A DNA stretch of 63,783 nucleotides, counting the filler, from Intoshia linei (lineage: Eukaryota > Animalia > Orthonectida), in NCBI GenBank assembly GCA_001642005.1. It is 9 parts of 9 records of this genome, joined end to end, with 100 filler letters (N's around TTAATTAATTAA, not from the genome) between each part and the next. Parts side by side here need not be neighbours in the genome. Positions count along the whole stretch, not along the records: positions 30,551 to 39,316 come from LWCA01001426.1; positions 39,417 to 41,200 come from LWCA01002503.1; positions 41,301 to 47,273 come from LWCA01001730.1; positions 47,374 to 50,919 come from LWCA01002077.1; positions 51,020 to 61,059 come from LWCA01001313.1; 4 more parts are not named here. The stretch is one strand, 5' to 3'. Shown here piece after piece: positions 38,000 to 51,097 of the stretch. Position 1 is the stretch's first letter. Every line of letters starts with the position of its first letter. Position numbers and translations under genes: made by a program. The notes under the pieces were generated by a model. That model saw only the letters and a list, made by a program, of their open reading frames with translations, did no database searches and was not told where the DNA came from.

Positions 38000-39316
38000 A
38001 AATGATTTAAAAAAGTTCAAAACAAAACTACATTTGTAATAAGTATAATCTCTCATCATCTACCGTTAGTGACATAAAAAAAATGAACAAAACATTATAA
38101 TTGCTTTCAATGAAAATGTATTTAATGGATTAAATAATGATGTAAAAATAAATAATAAAAGTAAAAATTTTGATCAAACATTAATAACATCATTATCAAA
38201 ATTAAGGGAAAATAATGTTCCATTAAATGATATTATTTTAAAAGAACAAGCAATACTTATAAATAATAGTAATAATAGTCACAAGGAAAATTTTAAAAAA
38301 CGTCACGAAATTACATATAAATCTCTTTCTGGCATAAAACAAAAAGAAAATCAGTCAGAAATTGATGATTTTTTCATTAAATTTAATAATAAAATCATCG
38401 AATATGATTTAAAAGACGTATTTAATGCAGATGAAACTGCTTTGTTCTATAAAAAATTACCGAATAAAAGCTATATCATAAAGAGTGATGATCCTAGGAG
38501 GAAGTTGAAAGAGAATAAGGAGAAAATCACGGTATTATTGTGCTGTAGTGCTCAAGGTGAAAAAATTAAACCTTTGTTTATAAGTAAAAGCATATAACCT
38601 AGATGCTTCAGTAAAATAAATTTAAATAATCAACCTTTTTTTACAAAAGCAGTAAAAAAGCTTGGATGACAAAAACCATTATCTCTGAATATATACAAAA
38701 TATTAATTCTATATTTTATAAATCATCTCAAAAAATTTTGCTTCTTATTGATTAAGCAAGTTGTCATTACGAAGCAAAATTATCTTCCTACCGGCAAACA
38801 CCACATCTACTCTACAACCCTGTGACCAAGGTATAATATGGTCATTTAAATGTTTTTACAATCAAATTTTCGTGCGTAATTTGATTAATAAAGAGAATTG
38901 TTCACTTAAAGATGTTAGAGGTGTTTCAATTTTAGATTGAATGTATAATTCCATAGAAGCTTGGAAGAAAGTTACAGTAAAAACTATTTCCAATTGTTTT
39001 ATAAAAACAAAACTATTCTTAAATTACACTACAAATTCTAGCGATGATTTATATAAAAATACTATACCTAAAGAAGAAATAATTTTAGCTCAATATTTAG
39101 ATCAACTAAGCTCGTACAATTACGACGTTATTGAAATATCTGGTTTAAAAGAATTTGAAAAAATCAATGATACTAACTTGGAAAATAAAATGGAAGAATT
39201 TTTAATAGAAAACAGTGACGAAGAGTCAAATATAGATAATACCAAATTTTCTATATATATCTATATAAAATTAATTAGATATTGTAATATAATAAAGATT
39301 TAAACAGTTCATTGAT
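38000..39316 (+). pseudogene. pogo/Tigger (TIGD-like) transposase, degraded
   Basis: FKKRHEI, DVFNADETALFYK, KEKITVLLCCSAQGEKIKP, AWMT, LPANTTSTLQPCDQGIIWSFK, EAWKKVTVKTISNCF, with frameshifts and stops. Confidence 0.9.
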
Positions 39317-40187
39317 NNNNNNNNNNNNNNNNNNNNNNNNNNNNNNNNNNNNNNNNNNNNTTAATTAATTAANNNNNNNNNNNNNNNNNNNNNNNNNNNN
39401 NNNNNNNNNNNNNNNNATCCTCATTTAAACTATTTTTTAGAAAAATGGCAGTGACTCAAGAAACAAAAATGAATCACTCAAACTTTCATATACCGATACA
39501 ACCATTGGAATTTAAAAAACTTGTATAATGACCAATAAAAAATTTGAAATTTTTAATATTTACTATAAAATGTACATTTCATAATGCATTATCTATTGAA
39601 ATGCGGAATAATTCATTACATTTGGTTATTTTCGTTGAATAAATTAATTTTATTTTGTGATATTTGAGGAAGCTAGACTAGTGAGCGAGTTACTAAAGTT
39701 ATCATTAAAATTGTTATATAATAAATGAACCTAAAAGTATTAGTATAATTTTTGCTTTGTAAGGAGAATTAGTCAAATTTTCGTCATTTTTGAGTCAAAT
39801 GTCCCAAATCAGTACATATTTACCTGGACATATAAACATTCGAGTTCCCTAAAATAGAGTAAAATTTAAAAGCAAGTAACTTAACCTGCACACTGTCACC
39901 GTGTCTGTAATATGTTGGTTTATCGATCAAACTGTAGTTTAATCTTTCATTTGATTTAGTTGAATCTAAATTGCACAAATAAACATCATTTTAGTACCAA
40001 CATTAATTAAATTTAACATTTAAAGTAGGATCGCAAAGGACATATTAAATCCTGGTAAGTTAACCCAGGTCCAAATTTAGTGTGAAATTACCCAACATAC
40101 CGAAACCTTCGGGGCATCATTAAGCATTTAAAAAATAAAATTTAAACTGTTTAGTCTGGACTCCAGAGACATGGATGTGTGCTAGAT

Positions 40188-40357
40188 CAGCGTTTCCCAA
40201 ATACCGATCCGTGAAAAATTATTACTAATTAAAACTCAATTTATTACGTTTTATGTCAAAATTTTTTCAATATTGCCTAGTAATTTCGCTTTAATAGTCC
40301 GCTACAAATTTTATATATTACTATTGGTCCACCGTGAAAAAAATTTGAAAACTCCTG
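40188..40357. mobile_element. hAT (Charlie-like) MITE
   Basis: CAGCGTTTCCCAAA...TTTGAAAACTCCTG with imperfect 8-bp TSD TGCTAGAT/TGCTAGGG. A related 3' end lies at ~8900-8962. Confidence 0.65.
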
Positions 40358-41300
40358 TGCTAGGGACTATATGACATTGTGCATCGTTTGGGAATCTTTT
40401 TTAGATATCTTTTTCTCTTTCGGGGGAGGGTCTAGAGCAGAGAGGATCTGAAAGGCATCTGAACAGTTTTAAATCCATACACAGAACTTATGATGAGTAA
40501 AACTTATCATCAAACAATTTTCAATTATACATGTATGTTAATTTGATGACGTCGTTTTACGTAGTATTATTGCAAAGTATTTATGCTAATTAAACTAATT
40601 TGTTTTTTGTACGTTATACCAATAAGTAAGACGAGGTGGTTGGTTAAGTTGTCCGCAATTAAAATAATAATAGATCAATGGGACGTAATAAAGACATATT
40701 TGGGTCTTAACATTACCTATTAAAGATCTTCTTGCACTAAGAATCCACTTAACCTATTTAATAACACGAATTATTTATATTTTATTTTTTAAACCCTATT
40801 GTCCGAGCGTTTGAAAATATCAATAAAAATTTTCAATCTGACAAGTGTGACCCATCCCGATTATTAGATGAGTTAGAATTGCTAATTGCTTTCTTGTCAG
40901 TACATAATTGTATTTTTGTCAGTAAATATATTAACTAGATCAGTATTCATCGAAAATTGTAAGTAACTTAACAAAAAAATATATAGAAATAAACACATTT
41001 TATAAAATAATATTTTGTCAGTAAAAAATTTTTTTACCAATTTTTCCTTGCTTTGCTGCTGGTGGGACCGTCACATACAATATACGCAATGCTAAACCCA
41101 TCGCATTATCATTCGCAAATCCCATTGCATAAATATAGAAAAATCGAGTTTTACTAACCCTTATGGGAAAACCCACTTTTACCAACCTTTGATGGAAAAA
41201 NNNNNNNNNNNNNNNNNNNNNNNNNNNNNNNNNNNNNNNNNNNNTTAATTAATTAANNNNNNNNNNNNNNNNNNNNNNNNNNNNNNNNNNNNNNNNNNNN

Positions 41301-42023
41301 TATTCATATATTTTTTTTTCGAAATATTTTATTAAAACAAAAAATGTGAAATAAGATACGGTCCGAAAATTAAAAAAAAATTATTCTGATAGAGCTTATT
41401 CCAGTTGATAAAAATACAAAAATTTAACCCGAGAAATCTACGCATTCATGATGAAAAATAATTTTTAATATACTATCAACCAATATTTTTCAAATATTTC
41501 GATTAAAATAAAAATTGAAAATGTAAATTGATCCTTACAATTTTAAAAAAAAATGTGCATTGTACGTCTACAAATTTTCAAAATATTTTCAATACAAAAT
41601 TAAAAGAAACTAAAACAACTTTGTTAATATAATAATCATTTTTATATTTATTACAATCATTTGCAATATTGGTAAAATTCGACTGAAATGTATAAAGTGA
41701 AGATTCGGTTAATTATTGATACATAATTATATTTTTAAGTATTTATTAAATTGGTACAATGAATAACAATTGTTTTTAAAATTCTTTACGCAAATGTTAA
41801 CAAACAAAATCTTAAGATGGAATAATTCACTTTAAAGTAAAAATTAATGTGATATGATGGTTCCACCGGACACAAATTTGGTAACCACTCCTTTAAAAAA
41901 TTGATAATAGTGAATAGTAGGATTTTTAAGAACGATTTTCTACATGAATTTTTTGGTATAATAAAAATGTGCCCTCGGCAGAGCTAGGTGCTGTTTGTAC
42001 GTAGTACATAACAGTCAAGCTAG
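41301..42023 (+). mobile_element. Helitron copy with intact 3' end
   Basis: Ends TGCCCTCGGCA...hairpin...TCAAGCTAG|T. Confidence 0.88.
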
Positions 42024-42072
42024 TAATATATATTGTATTATAATAATTATAAAATATTTTAAGGATACTTAT

Positions 42073-44529
42073 TAACCTGTGTCCAAAAACAGCTTTTTTT
42101 GAGTAAACAGAAAGTAGCCCACGGGGAAAGCTAAATAATTTTGTGTATGTTACGAATATAGTTTTTAAAATTTTTGAAATCAAAAAATACCACCCACTTT
42201 AGCTAAAAATGCCTTCTAAATAATCAAAATATTTTGAAAATTGATATTAAATTAAATAATTTGTATTTTGTTTACATTTATAATGTGAAAAAAATTGTTC
42301 TCTATGAGATACAATTTTAAAAATGACCCACCTATTAACAGAAATAGTCCTAATATTGACTAAACAATAAAATTGAAACAATAGAAAAAACTTTAACTTT
42401 AAATTGATATAAAAAGTACATTTTATAAATTATGTATGTAATTATGTAATAATGTATTTATAAATATTTATTACATAAGTTTAATATCATTCGATGGTCA
42501 TTAAAATATCTAATCAAAAATTTTTCCAAATTTTTAATGGATTTTGAGTGGTATATTTTCTCATTGGCCATTCTAAATACCCTCTTCGCCAATTCATTTG
42601 TTGAAGGGTTAACATCAAAATCTGACAAATAATTCTTGATAAGAAAATTTTTGGAAGCATCACAAATTATGTCGCAATTAATAAGATTGTTCCAATTTAT
42701 AAATGATATAACACCAAACCATTCAATTGACTATTAATGCGAATTACATTCTCTATAGGGTCGACACATAACTCATACATGGGGAATATATTGCACGACT
42801 GTTCCATCTTGCTACACTAATCGAAGGTGGCTGGTTTGGTATCTTAATTTCGGCAAACTGATTTGTCTAACGTAAATAACGCTCCGCTTTGACATTGTAA
42901 TAACAACAAATAATCTCTTCTTTTTTCTGCGTCATTTGGCAGATCATCATAGATTAGTGAAATAGAATTTGATTTATTTCTATATATTGCTATGAACCTT
43001 TTTCAATCGTCATGTAATGATTTTACGAATTCATATTGAAAATTTGGACTCACTGTGACATTCGAAGATAAATATATGAATTCATGTTTTAGGATTAAAT
43101 CAAGGACGTGTAATTTACAAGGTGATAAGGTGCTATCCGGGTATACTCGTTGTAATCGAACGACAACACCATTTCTACATCTTACATTTGTAGGCTCAGT
43201 GTCAGTAATTATATTGTTTGGAGATAAATTGTTTTTTTGTAGTAGTGCCAATAGTTTTTCAGATATAGTGTAAGCCGTTTTGTTGGGTATTTCAACAAAT
43301 CCAATCAATTTTTCATTGAAACATATTGCCAGAATGTGTCTTTTTTCACCATATAAATTAAAATGTGTTTTACCATTAAATTATAAAACACTCGCATTCT
43401 CACTGTTAAATAATTGAGAACTATATAATTTTTGTTTTTTTCATTGTGGACTTATTCAACGCGCTCCTTGTTGGGGGTTTCATTCGTTCGTCTCCGAATG
43501 TATTATACATCACCTCTAGAACAGTTATAGTTTGAGACAATGATAAATTAGCCCTTTAACGAATTTCTTCTGCCAGATCTGTAGACATCCGATCCTTTTT
43601 AACACTCATGTAAATAAGTCAAGGGAATTAAGTGGAATTTGTTCCTCAGCATTATTTTCTAATAAAATTTCACTATATTGCGATGTTCCCTGTATCTTAT
43701 TTTTAGCAATTCTTGGTCGTTTTGAAGGATATATTTGATATTCAACCATAGATGAAGTACAATAGCTAATACCTTTTTTGATTATTATAGTAGACTCTAT
43801 AATAAGGTGTTTTAAATTTAGGTTTTGATGGTATCATGTCGAATAAATCCCTACATTTTATATACAATTTTTTCTTTGAAGTATAGAAAGAATTCGTTTT
43901 ATAATGGCACTATTATTTTGAACGGGTATATCCTGCTTAGTCCTGCATTAAAATATCTCACTGGCAACAATTGGAATTATCTGGGACAATTGATATCCAT
44001 TGTTAACTTGTTGCACCACATGGATTCTACTTAAAACTTGTTCTATGGTAGGTAAAGTTTTTAATTCTACTAATTAATTTTGATAACCTGTCCATAATCT
44101 GCACAAATTTGCATAAATTTATTTGATATGATTTGATAATTTTAAATATTTTAAATACTACTTATTCAGTTTTATTTATAAATGGTTAACCATTCATATT
44201 AGTCTTTAATATTTAATATAGTAATATTTGAAATCAATGGACTAAGTAGTGGAACGACGGTTTCTTTTTTTATTTTTATTTTTTAATTAATCGTAAAGGG
44301 CCCTGTAACCAATCTAACGTATGATTCATCTTAGTTGTCATCACAATTTATTTTTATAAACTTAATGTTCTTTAATTTATCATATTCACAATTTTATATT
44401 TTTAAAATATAAAAAGTTGGTGATCATTTTAAGAATTGAAACATTTCAACCACACCATCTTGTTCACAATAAAAAGTTTCATGTTTACCATAGGGCTACT
44501 TTTATTAGTTTGAATAAGGACACAGGTTA
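42073..44529 (-). mobile_element. hAT-superfamily (hATm-like) element with both ends and a decayed transposase
   Basis: 12-bp TIR TAACCTGTGTCC / GGACACAGGTTA and perfect 8-bp TSD ATACTTAT (42065-42072, 44530-44537). Encodes IITDTEPTN..NGVV..SPCKLHVLDLILKH and PSTNELAKR. Confidence 0.85.
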
Positions 44530-45229
44530 ATACTTATAATACGTAATATATAATAGTACAATTATTTGTAATATGTTAATATGTGTAATTATAGAAATAT
44601 TTTTGATGGAATATATAAAAGCAACAAAAAGATGTAATAAAAAAAATATTTTAATTTACGTATAGTTTTTTATGGCACCCCGGTTAAAAATATTTGCTCT
44701 ATATACTATTTTATATATATATGTTTTTTTAGATATAATACCTCCGTAACCTCTCACTTAAAATTAATGTATCCAAATATTTTTCACGTTACTTGTATAA
44801 CTCATTTATCCCATAATTGCTGCATGCGGTTGAGACAATAATATGTACTTGTTGATGAATTAATCACGAGGATCAAATTTATTACTTTAAAAAATAAAGA
44901 CGTTCGAGGGTTATTCCATAATATTGGATATTTACCTCGAACCATTATAACTAAACTCATCCCCAAAACTATGTGAAAAATATGAATTTCTTCGAATAAT
45001 GGTATTTTTGAGTTGCCATATAGGTTATTTATGCAATATATGAATGTTTTGATGTTATAAATGCTTTATGCAAAAATTTATGAAAAATAATCTATCAATT
45101 AAGAAAATAATTAACAATTAAAATTTTCATGATTAAAAAATTCGTCAAAACTATGTGAAATATGTATATAAATGCAAAAAAACAAAAATTTATAAATATA
45201 ATTTTTTAATTAATAATAATTACGTAGAT

Positions 45230-45460
45230 GCCCACCTTTATTTTCTACAACTTCAGTTAATCTTGACAGAAAGAATTGAACCAATCGGTGAATTTGATCA
45301 ACTTCCAACGAGTCTCAAATAATATCAATTTCAGCTTTTAATTCATCAAGACTACGGTATACCTTGCTGCCAGGGTATAGACGGCGAAGCATTATAGCCC
45401 ATAGATTTTCAATTGGATACCAATCAGAGCTATAAGGTGGTTAATCAAGTACCGATGTGC
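45230..45460 (-). pseudogene. Tc1 transposase C-terminal fragment
   Basis: PPYSSDWYPIENLWAIMLRRLY...SLDELKAEI. Confidence 0.7.
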
Positions 45461-45469
45461 TATTTTTAT

Positions 45470-45660
45470 TATACTTAAAATATAAATTCACGTTGAAAAT
45501 CTAACTTAAAAATCCTACTATTCACTATTAGCAATCATTAAAAGAAGTGGTTCCCAAATTTTTTTCAGTTAGAACCATCATATCACATTACTTTTTATTA
45601 ATATGAATTATTCCATCGTAATTTTTTGTTTAACATTTGCGTAAAGAATTTTAAAAACGC
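45470..45660 (-). mobile_element. Helitron fragment
   Basis: Reverse complement of the family 3' segment. Confidence 0.75.
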
Positions 45661-45999
45661 GATTGTACAGTGTAGTAATAAATATGCAATAAATTTACCA
45701 CTAAAATTTAATTGTTATAATGTAATATGTTGTGTACCATACCTAAGAACAACTAAGTTTTTTAAAGATTAAATTTGCAATGGTAAATTATTTTTTTACA
45801 TTACAGTATATTAAAATTTAATGGCGTTACGACATTGTCGTATAACAAGAGCGTTACATTGACAAAATATATTAAAATATCAAGTTTTGAAAAAGGATGT
45901 TTAATTTTATTGGGTGAATCATAATAATTAGCATTTACAAAATAAAAAAAATCTATAACTGTAGCACCAGTTTTACCATTACCAAAATAAAATTTTTAT

Positions 46000-46302
46000 T
46001 TTCTTTCAAATTTTCAAACAGAAAACAGATTGAATGTTAACGATGATATGAGGCTCGCCTTATCGCATACACTGCAAGAATATCAATAATTGTATCTAAA
46101 ATGGAACATCAAATTTCACATGAAGAAAATAAATTTAGTTATTATAATACATAGTACTGAGTAGTGCTCAGTGAGCACAGTATAAAATATAAATAAAACT
46201 GAATATGATTTTTTAATATTTTCATTTATGTGAACTGATATGATGTTTGGAAAATATAGAAAATTTTTGGGTCGCGAACATAAAAACGTTAAAAACCACT
46301 CT
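46000..46302 (+). mobile_element. hAT 3' end with transposase C-terminal remnant
   Basis: KQKNRLNVNDDMRLALS followed by a GGTCGCGA...GTTAAAAACCACT TIR-like end. Confidence 0.6.
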
Positions 46303-46986
46303 CTAAATACTAATTAAAAATATGTTTGTCATCGGAAATTACTCTTTCATCGAATACACATTTTTCATATTTCGTAAAAATAAAAAAATAACGCGCTTAC
46401 AATAAATATTCGATAAAAATATAGTTATTTATAATAAAGTTACAATAAAAACATTACTTATGAAACGTAATTAATATATGATCATTTTTGCGTGTAATGT
46501 TGTAAAGTGTAATGGTTAAGTATATACATATGTACTACAGTGATGTGTAAATCAGGTTTCCCAACCTTTTCCAAGCGATGACATTCTTTAAGTCCAAAAA
46601 TTTTTGCATCCCATCAAATACATTTTTTTTAAAATTTAATAATTTTTTACTTATCAATATTGACCAATTTTTCCAATATAATAAAGTACCTGGTTCGGGG
46701 CTTTTTTTTGCAGCAAGTGATATTAATACATTTCTAAATTAACTATATTTAAAAACATTAAAAAAATATGGTTTATACAGTGTATGATGGAGTTTATAAT
46801 ATACACTCCATTTACTAATTATAACAGTCATATTTCCATCAATAATTATAATTACAATACTGGTAACATACCAAAAATTTGGCAGAATATAATATTAACG
46901 AAATGATATTACATGTTTATGTAAAAATTGTAAAATTATTAGTTCTTAATCAATTCATACCATATTTAGTAAATTATTGGAAATAT

Positions 46987-47273
46987 AGTGTCCACAAATA
47001 TAAGAACACAACAGTTTATTAATTATAATGACTATATATGTTACAGGCAATTTTCAAATTTTGCCTGTAACATATATACTACATGAATATTTCTTTCAAT
47101 AATTAATTGATTTTCCTCCAACCTTTAATACTTCGATTGCACAATTTTTTACAGAATCTGATAGTTTTAAAAACGTTTCATCCATAATGTCCTCCCATGA
47201 ATCCATTACAGCTTTTGTCAGTTCATTAATATTGTTATATTGTTTATTTACACCATAGAGACATCGAACCATT
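46987..47273 (-). mobile_element. Tc1 element 3' end
   Basis: TIR-like AGTGTCCACAAATATAAGAACAC, and LYGVNKQYNNINELTKAVMDSWEDI...VLKVGGKSINY*. Confidence 0.65.
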
Positions 47274-47373
47274 NNNNNNNNNNNNNNNNNNNNNNNNNNN
47301 NNNNNNNNNNNNNNNNNTTAATTAATTAANNNNNNNNNNNNNNNNNNNNNNNNNNNNNNNNNNNNNNNNNNNN

Positions 47374-47550
47374 ATTACAGTTTTTTCCGGGGGTGTTCGC
47401 AAACATAATTTCAACCTCCCAAACTCATTCTTACGGGTCAAAAACCCCAATTTTCCCTCTTTTTTTAATGAAAACAGCCCTAGAATTTCAAAAAATTTAC
47501 AGGTGGTACAGTTGTATCCTGTTAACACACACAAAAAGTTTCAATCCGAT
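47374..47550 (+). mobile_element. Helitron 5'-region fragment at contig edge
   Basis: Matches 57195-57510 with an internal deletion. Confidence 0.8.
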
Positions 47551-47979
47551 GTTCCATTTTCTTAAAAATTTAACAAACATAAAGGCCTACAATTTTCATC
47601 TGGCCCGGGCCTAATGCTGGCTCTCATCGACCCTTCCCATACAAGTTGTATCATACAACCATTAAAAAAATTTGTTGCATCATATGGATATTTTTTCACT
47701 GTTAGGTGTTCTACCATATAATTCATTTCTAAAGAACGACAGTACCATAAATACTGCCAAATATCTACAAAAATTAGATTGGTTACATAAGTTGACGGTG
47801 AATTAGATAATGACACCGTTAATCGACTTCAAATTAATAATAATCATAAAAAATAATATAATAATAATAAATTTCAGTTCAAAATATTATGGGTATTTTT
47901 AAATTGCAGAGCAGGCCGATATTTTTGTAATAACAATTAAACAAACATCACATATGTTATTTTTATTGCATTTCTCATA

Positions 47980-50408
47980 CCGTACGGACCTGTATTTTTT
48001 TAATTTCTAAAATTCCATTAAAAAGTTAACACCATTATATATATTGGTATAAATATTAAAAGACGTAACTTACTTTAAAGTGTCTGGTAAACAGAGGTCT
48101 ATAATAATATCAATTTTTTCAAATGGTTTAATGGTCCCATTGACTTTAGAAACAATAATCCAGACTGTATTAGGCCATCTCTGCAAAGACAATTGATAAT
48201 CAACAGAAATTGGTGATTGATTATCAAATTTTAATACTTTTGATTGATTTTTCAACACGGCCATGGTACCCCAATTTAAAAAATTTGGAGAAACATCAAC
48301 AACACCTCCTATACCAGTTGCAGAAATTGTTTGAATCTAAAAATTTAATTTTATAATGAGATACATGATTGTATTGATATGTGTCATCTAACAGTAATAG
48401 ACTTGTAATTCAGGCGTTTTCAAAGGTTCGTAAACAAAGTTCACTAAATACATATGGTGAATATGAGTTATTGCATATTTTATTGAAACCAATATTTTAA
48501 TGAATTAAAAGAATAGATTGGAATATTTATAAAAATAGGGGTAAGCTTGACGACCTCTGCGAAATAGATATTATTAATGTTTATAAATTGTTATATAACT
48601 ATCATTACAATTAACTTATCAGAATCTCCAACAATATTGATGCATACTGGAACTGTATTGAATCCCAAACGATTAATAACAATATTTATTTCAATGGTTG
48701 TTACTGACTTTTCTGTCAATATACCCTAAAATATATCAATATTTTGACTTTATTTAAATTATAATGTAATACTTAAATTTTAAAATAATAATAAATATTA
48801 TAATCTTTTATAGTTAAGTGGTATATTCACCTCAGTATTTTGCGTAAAGTAATAAATTGGTGCATTATTATCGTCAAAGTTATCTTTTTTAATTTGATAT
48901 TTAGCCTTCAAATTATTATCATTAACCAAAACTATGGTTGTTTTGTATTGATGGCTAACAAAACAACGACCTAAATCGATAAAATCATTCTTACATGTAA
49001 TATTCGGAACGGTACAACTAAACAAAAATTAAAATTAAATTATTATCGCCTCACCTTGAAATAAAAGGTATAAAGTACAAATCATTTCCAATATAATCCA
49101 TATCGATAATGATGGTATTAAAATATTTACCAACATTGACGGGAGTAAATTCAATATTAACAATTTGAGATTCATTAGGTTTTAAATTACCTTTTCTAGG
49201 TAAAATTATCAACTCTGCATTATTATCATTTTCATAACAACCAACATCATCATGATGTGTCTGCATTCCCGATATAACAGTACTATCCACTTCAGATAAG
49301 ATTTCTTGCACATGCCCTGCATTAGACATTTTGTTAAGAGCTAATCGAAGAGAAAATGAAAAATCAATTTGAGAAGTGTTTTTAATGATAAAGGATGTCT
49401 CCGTCATAAAACCATATGCAATTTCATGTAACGTTATACAATCAACGTTTATTTGAAAAGACGGACCAACACAGGATCCAATAATGGAAATTGTCAGCAA
49501 CTGTGGACTATTTAGAATTCTAAATGAAAATGGAATATTAAAATGACCCATTTTTTTGGGATTAAACGATGCTGTAATACTTTGTGAGATGAGAGGCTTA
49601 AGGCTGCAGTCATTTGGAGTAAATTTGAAGAATTGACAAAATTCCAAACAATTTTCATGGCAAGATTCCATTAAATCATTTTCTACCTTTAATGATGCTT
49701 TATTGTACCCTATGAATCTATACTTTGCATCAATTGGGCCACGGTTGCAGATTTCAAAATTATAGTCATGATTGGTTCCAATAAAACAATTGCCCAAGTC
49801 TAGAGTTTCCAAGCTTATTTCTAATTTAGCTCCAATAGATTCCCCAGTTAAATGTAATTTTGTTCTTTTTTGGCGACCTTCCATTCGGCAATATATAAAT
49901 GTTTCATATTTACCTACTTTTTTGGGTTCAAATTTAATATTACATGCTGCGGTACAGTTTGAATATATTGTACCTTTTAACGGTTCGATTTTGAAACATT
50001 CATGCTCAATGCAATCAAGTTTATTTTCACTGTTTTGATTTGATGTTTTATTGCTAAATCTTTCTTCTTCAATTGATGTTAGCGCTATTTGTAAACTTTG
50101 CTCAGCTATTGCTATTTTATCTCTTATCATTGGATCGTTTAGTCCATTTGATTCTTTTAGTTTATCAATGTTTAAATTGTAATCGTTTACCAATTCATTC
50201 TTTTTTGAATTGATGTAATTTTCTTCCATTTCATCAGTTTCGAATATGGACCATATAAATTTCCCAGTTGCATTCGATTGGTTTATTATTTTTATTGGAG
50301 TCTGGCGGGAACTCGTTACATATGTATCTGGCATTTGTATTTTGTCGTGTTCTAAGCAAAGTTTTTCTTCATATCCTTTTCCCACAACGTATATTTTTGT
50401 TGTTTCAC
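47980..50408 (-). CDS. HYDIN: HYDIN central-pair protein, partial (internal exons)
   Basis: Exons 50408-49055, 49017-48831, ~48726-48617, ~48337-48072. Tandem ASH/Ig-like repeats: IEPLKGTI, IYCRMEGRQKRTKLHLTGESIG, LDLGNCFIG, GSCVGPSF, LGRCFV. Confidence 0.88.
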
Positions 50409-50639
50409 CTAAAAGAAGATATTGTTATGTAGTTATAAAAATTCTGTCTTTTCATAATTATAATATTAATTGTATGGACAATTTTTATTGCATCCACAAA
50501 ATTTTAACTCTGCAAACAAATCTTTCGTTTTCGAACAAATTTTCATTTTCCATACAAATTTTTTTCAAGGCCCGTCAATTATTTCAAATTTTTTGTTTTT
50601 GTTAATCAAATAGTTTCAAAGTAAAAAAAATAAATAATA

Positions 50640-50919
50640 AAGTGCTTTTTTGACCGTGAAGTCGTGACTTTGTTACATTGAAACTAGATATAACTATTAT
50701 CTGTAAATTTTTTTTTAAATTGTAACGATGATTTCATTTTATAAAAAAAGGGTGAACTGAGAGATTTTGATCGTAAAAATGAACTTTTTTGGGTTTGCAA
50801 TTTATTATAATTTTTATGATTTTAAACACTATCCCACCGTACCAAACGTTCAATGCACATTTTTTTTAAATTGTAGGATCAATATTTATATTTTCAATTT
50901 TTATTTTAATCAAAATATT
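50640..50919 (-). mobile_element. Helitron fragments at contig edge
   Basis: Matches 420-480 and 690-830. Confidence 0.7.
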
Positions 50920-51019
50920 NNNNNNNNNNNNNNNNNNNNNNNNNNNNNNNNNNNNNNNNNNNNTTAATTAATTAANNNNNNNNNNNNNNNNNNNNNNNNN
51001 NNNNNNNNNNNNNNNNNNN

Positions 51020-51097
51020 TATTTTTTAAGTATAATAAAAATGTGCCCTCGGCAGAGCTAGGTTCTGTTTGTAAGTAGTACATAACAGTCAAACTAG
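51020..51097 (+). mobile_element. Helitron 3' terminus at contig edge
   Basis: TGCCCTCGGCAGAGCTAGG...CATAACAGTCAAACTAG|T. Confidence 0.85.

Noticed and set aside
47562-47816. 84-aa ORF downstream of the HYDIN exons
   Set aside because: It has no recognisable motif or clear splice connection, and it contains a GC-rich, TE-end-like sequence.
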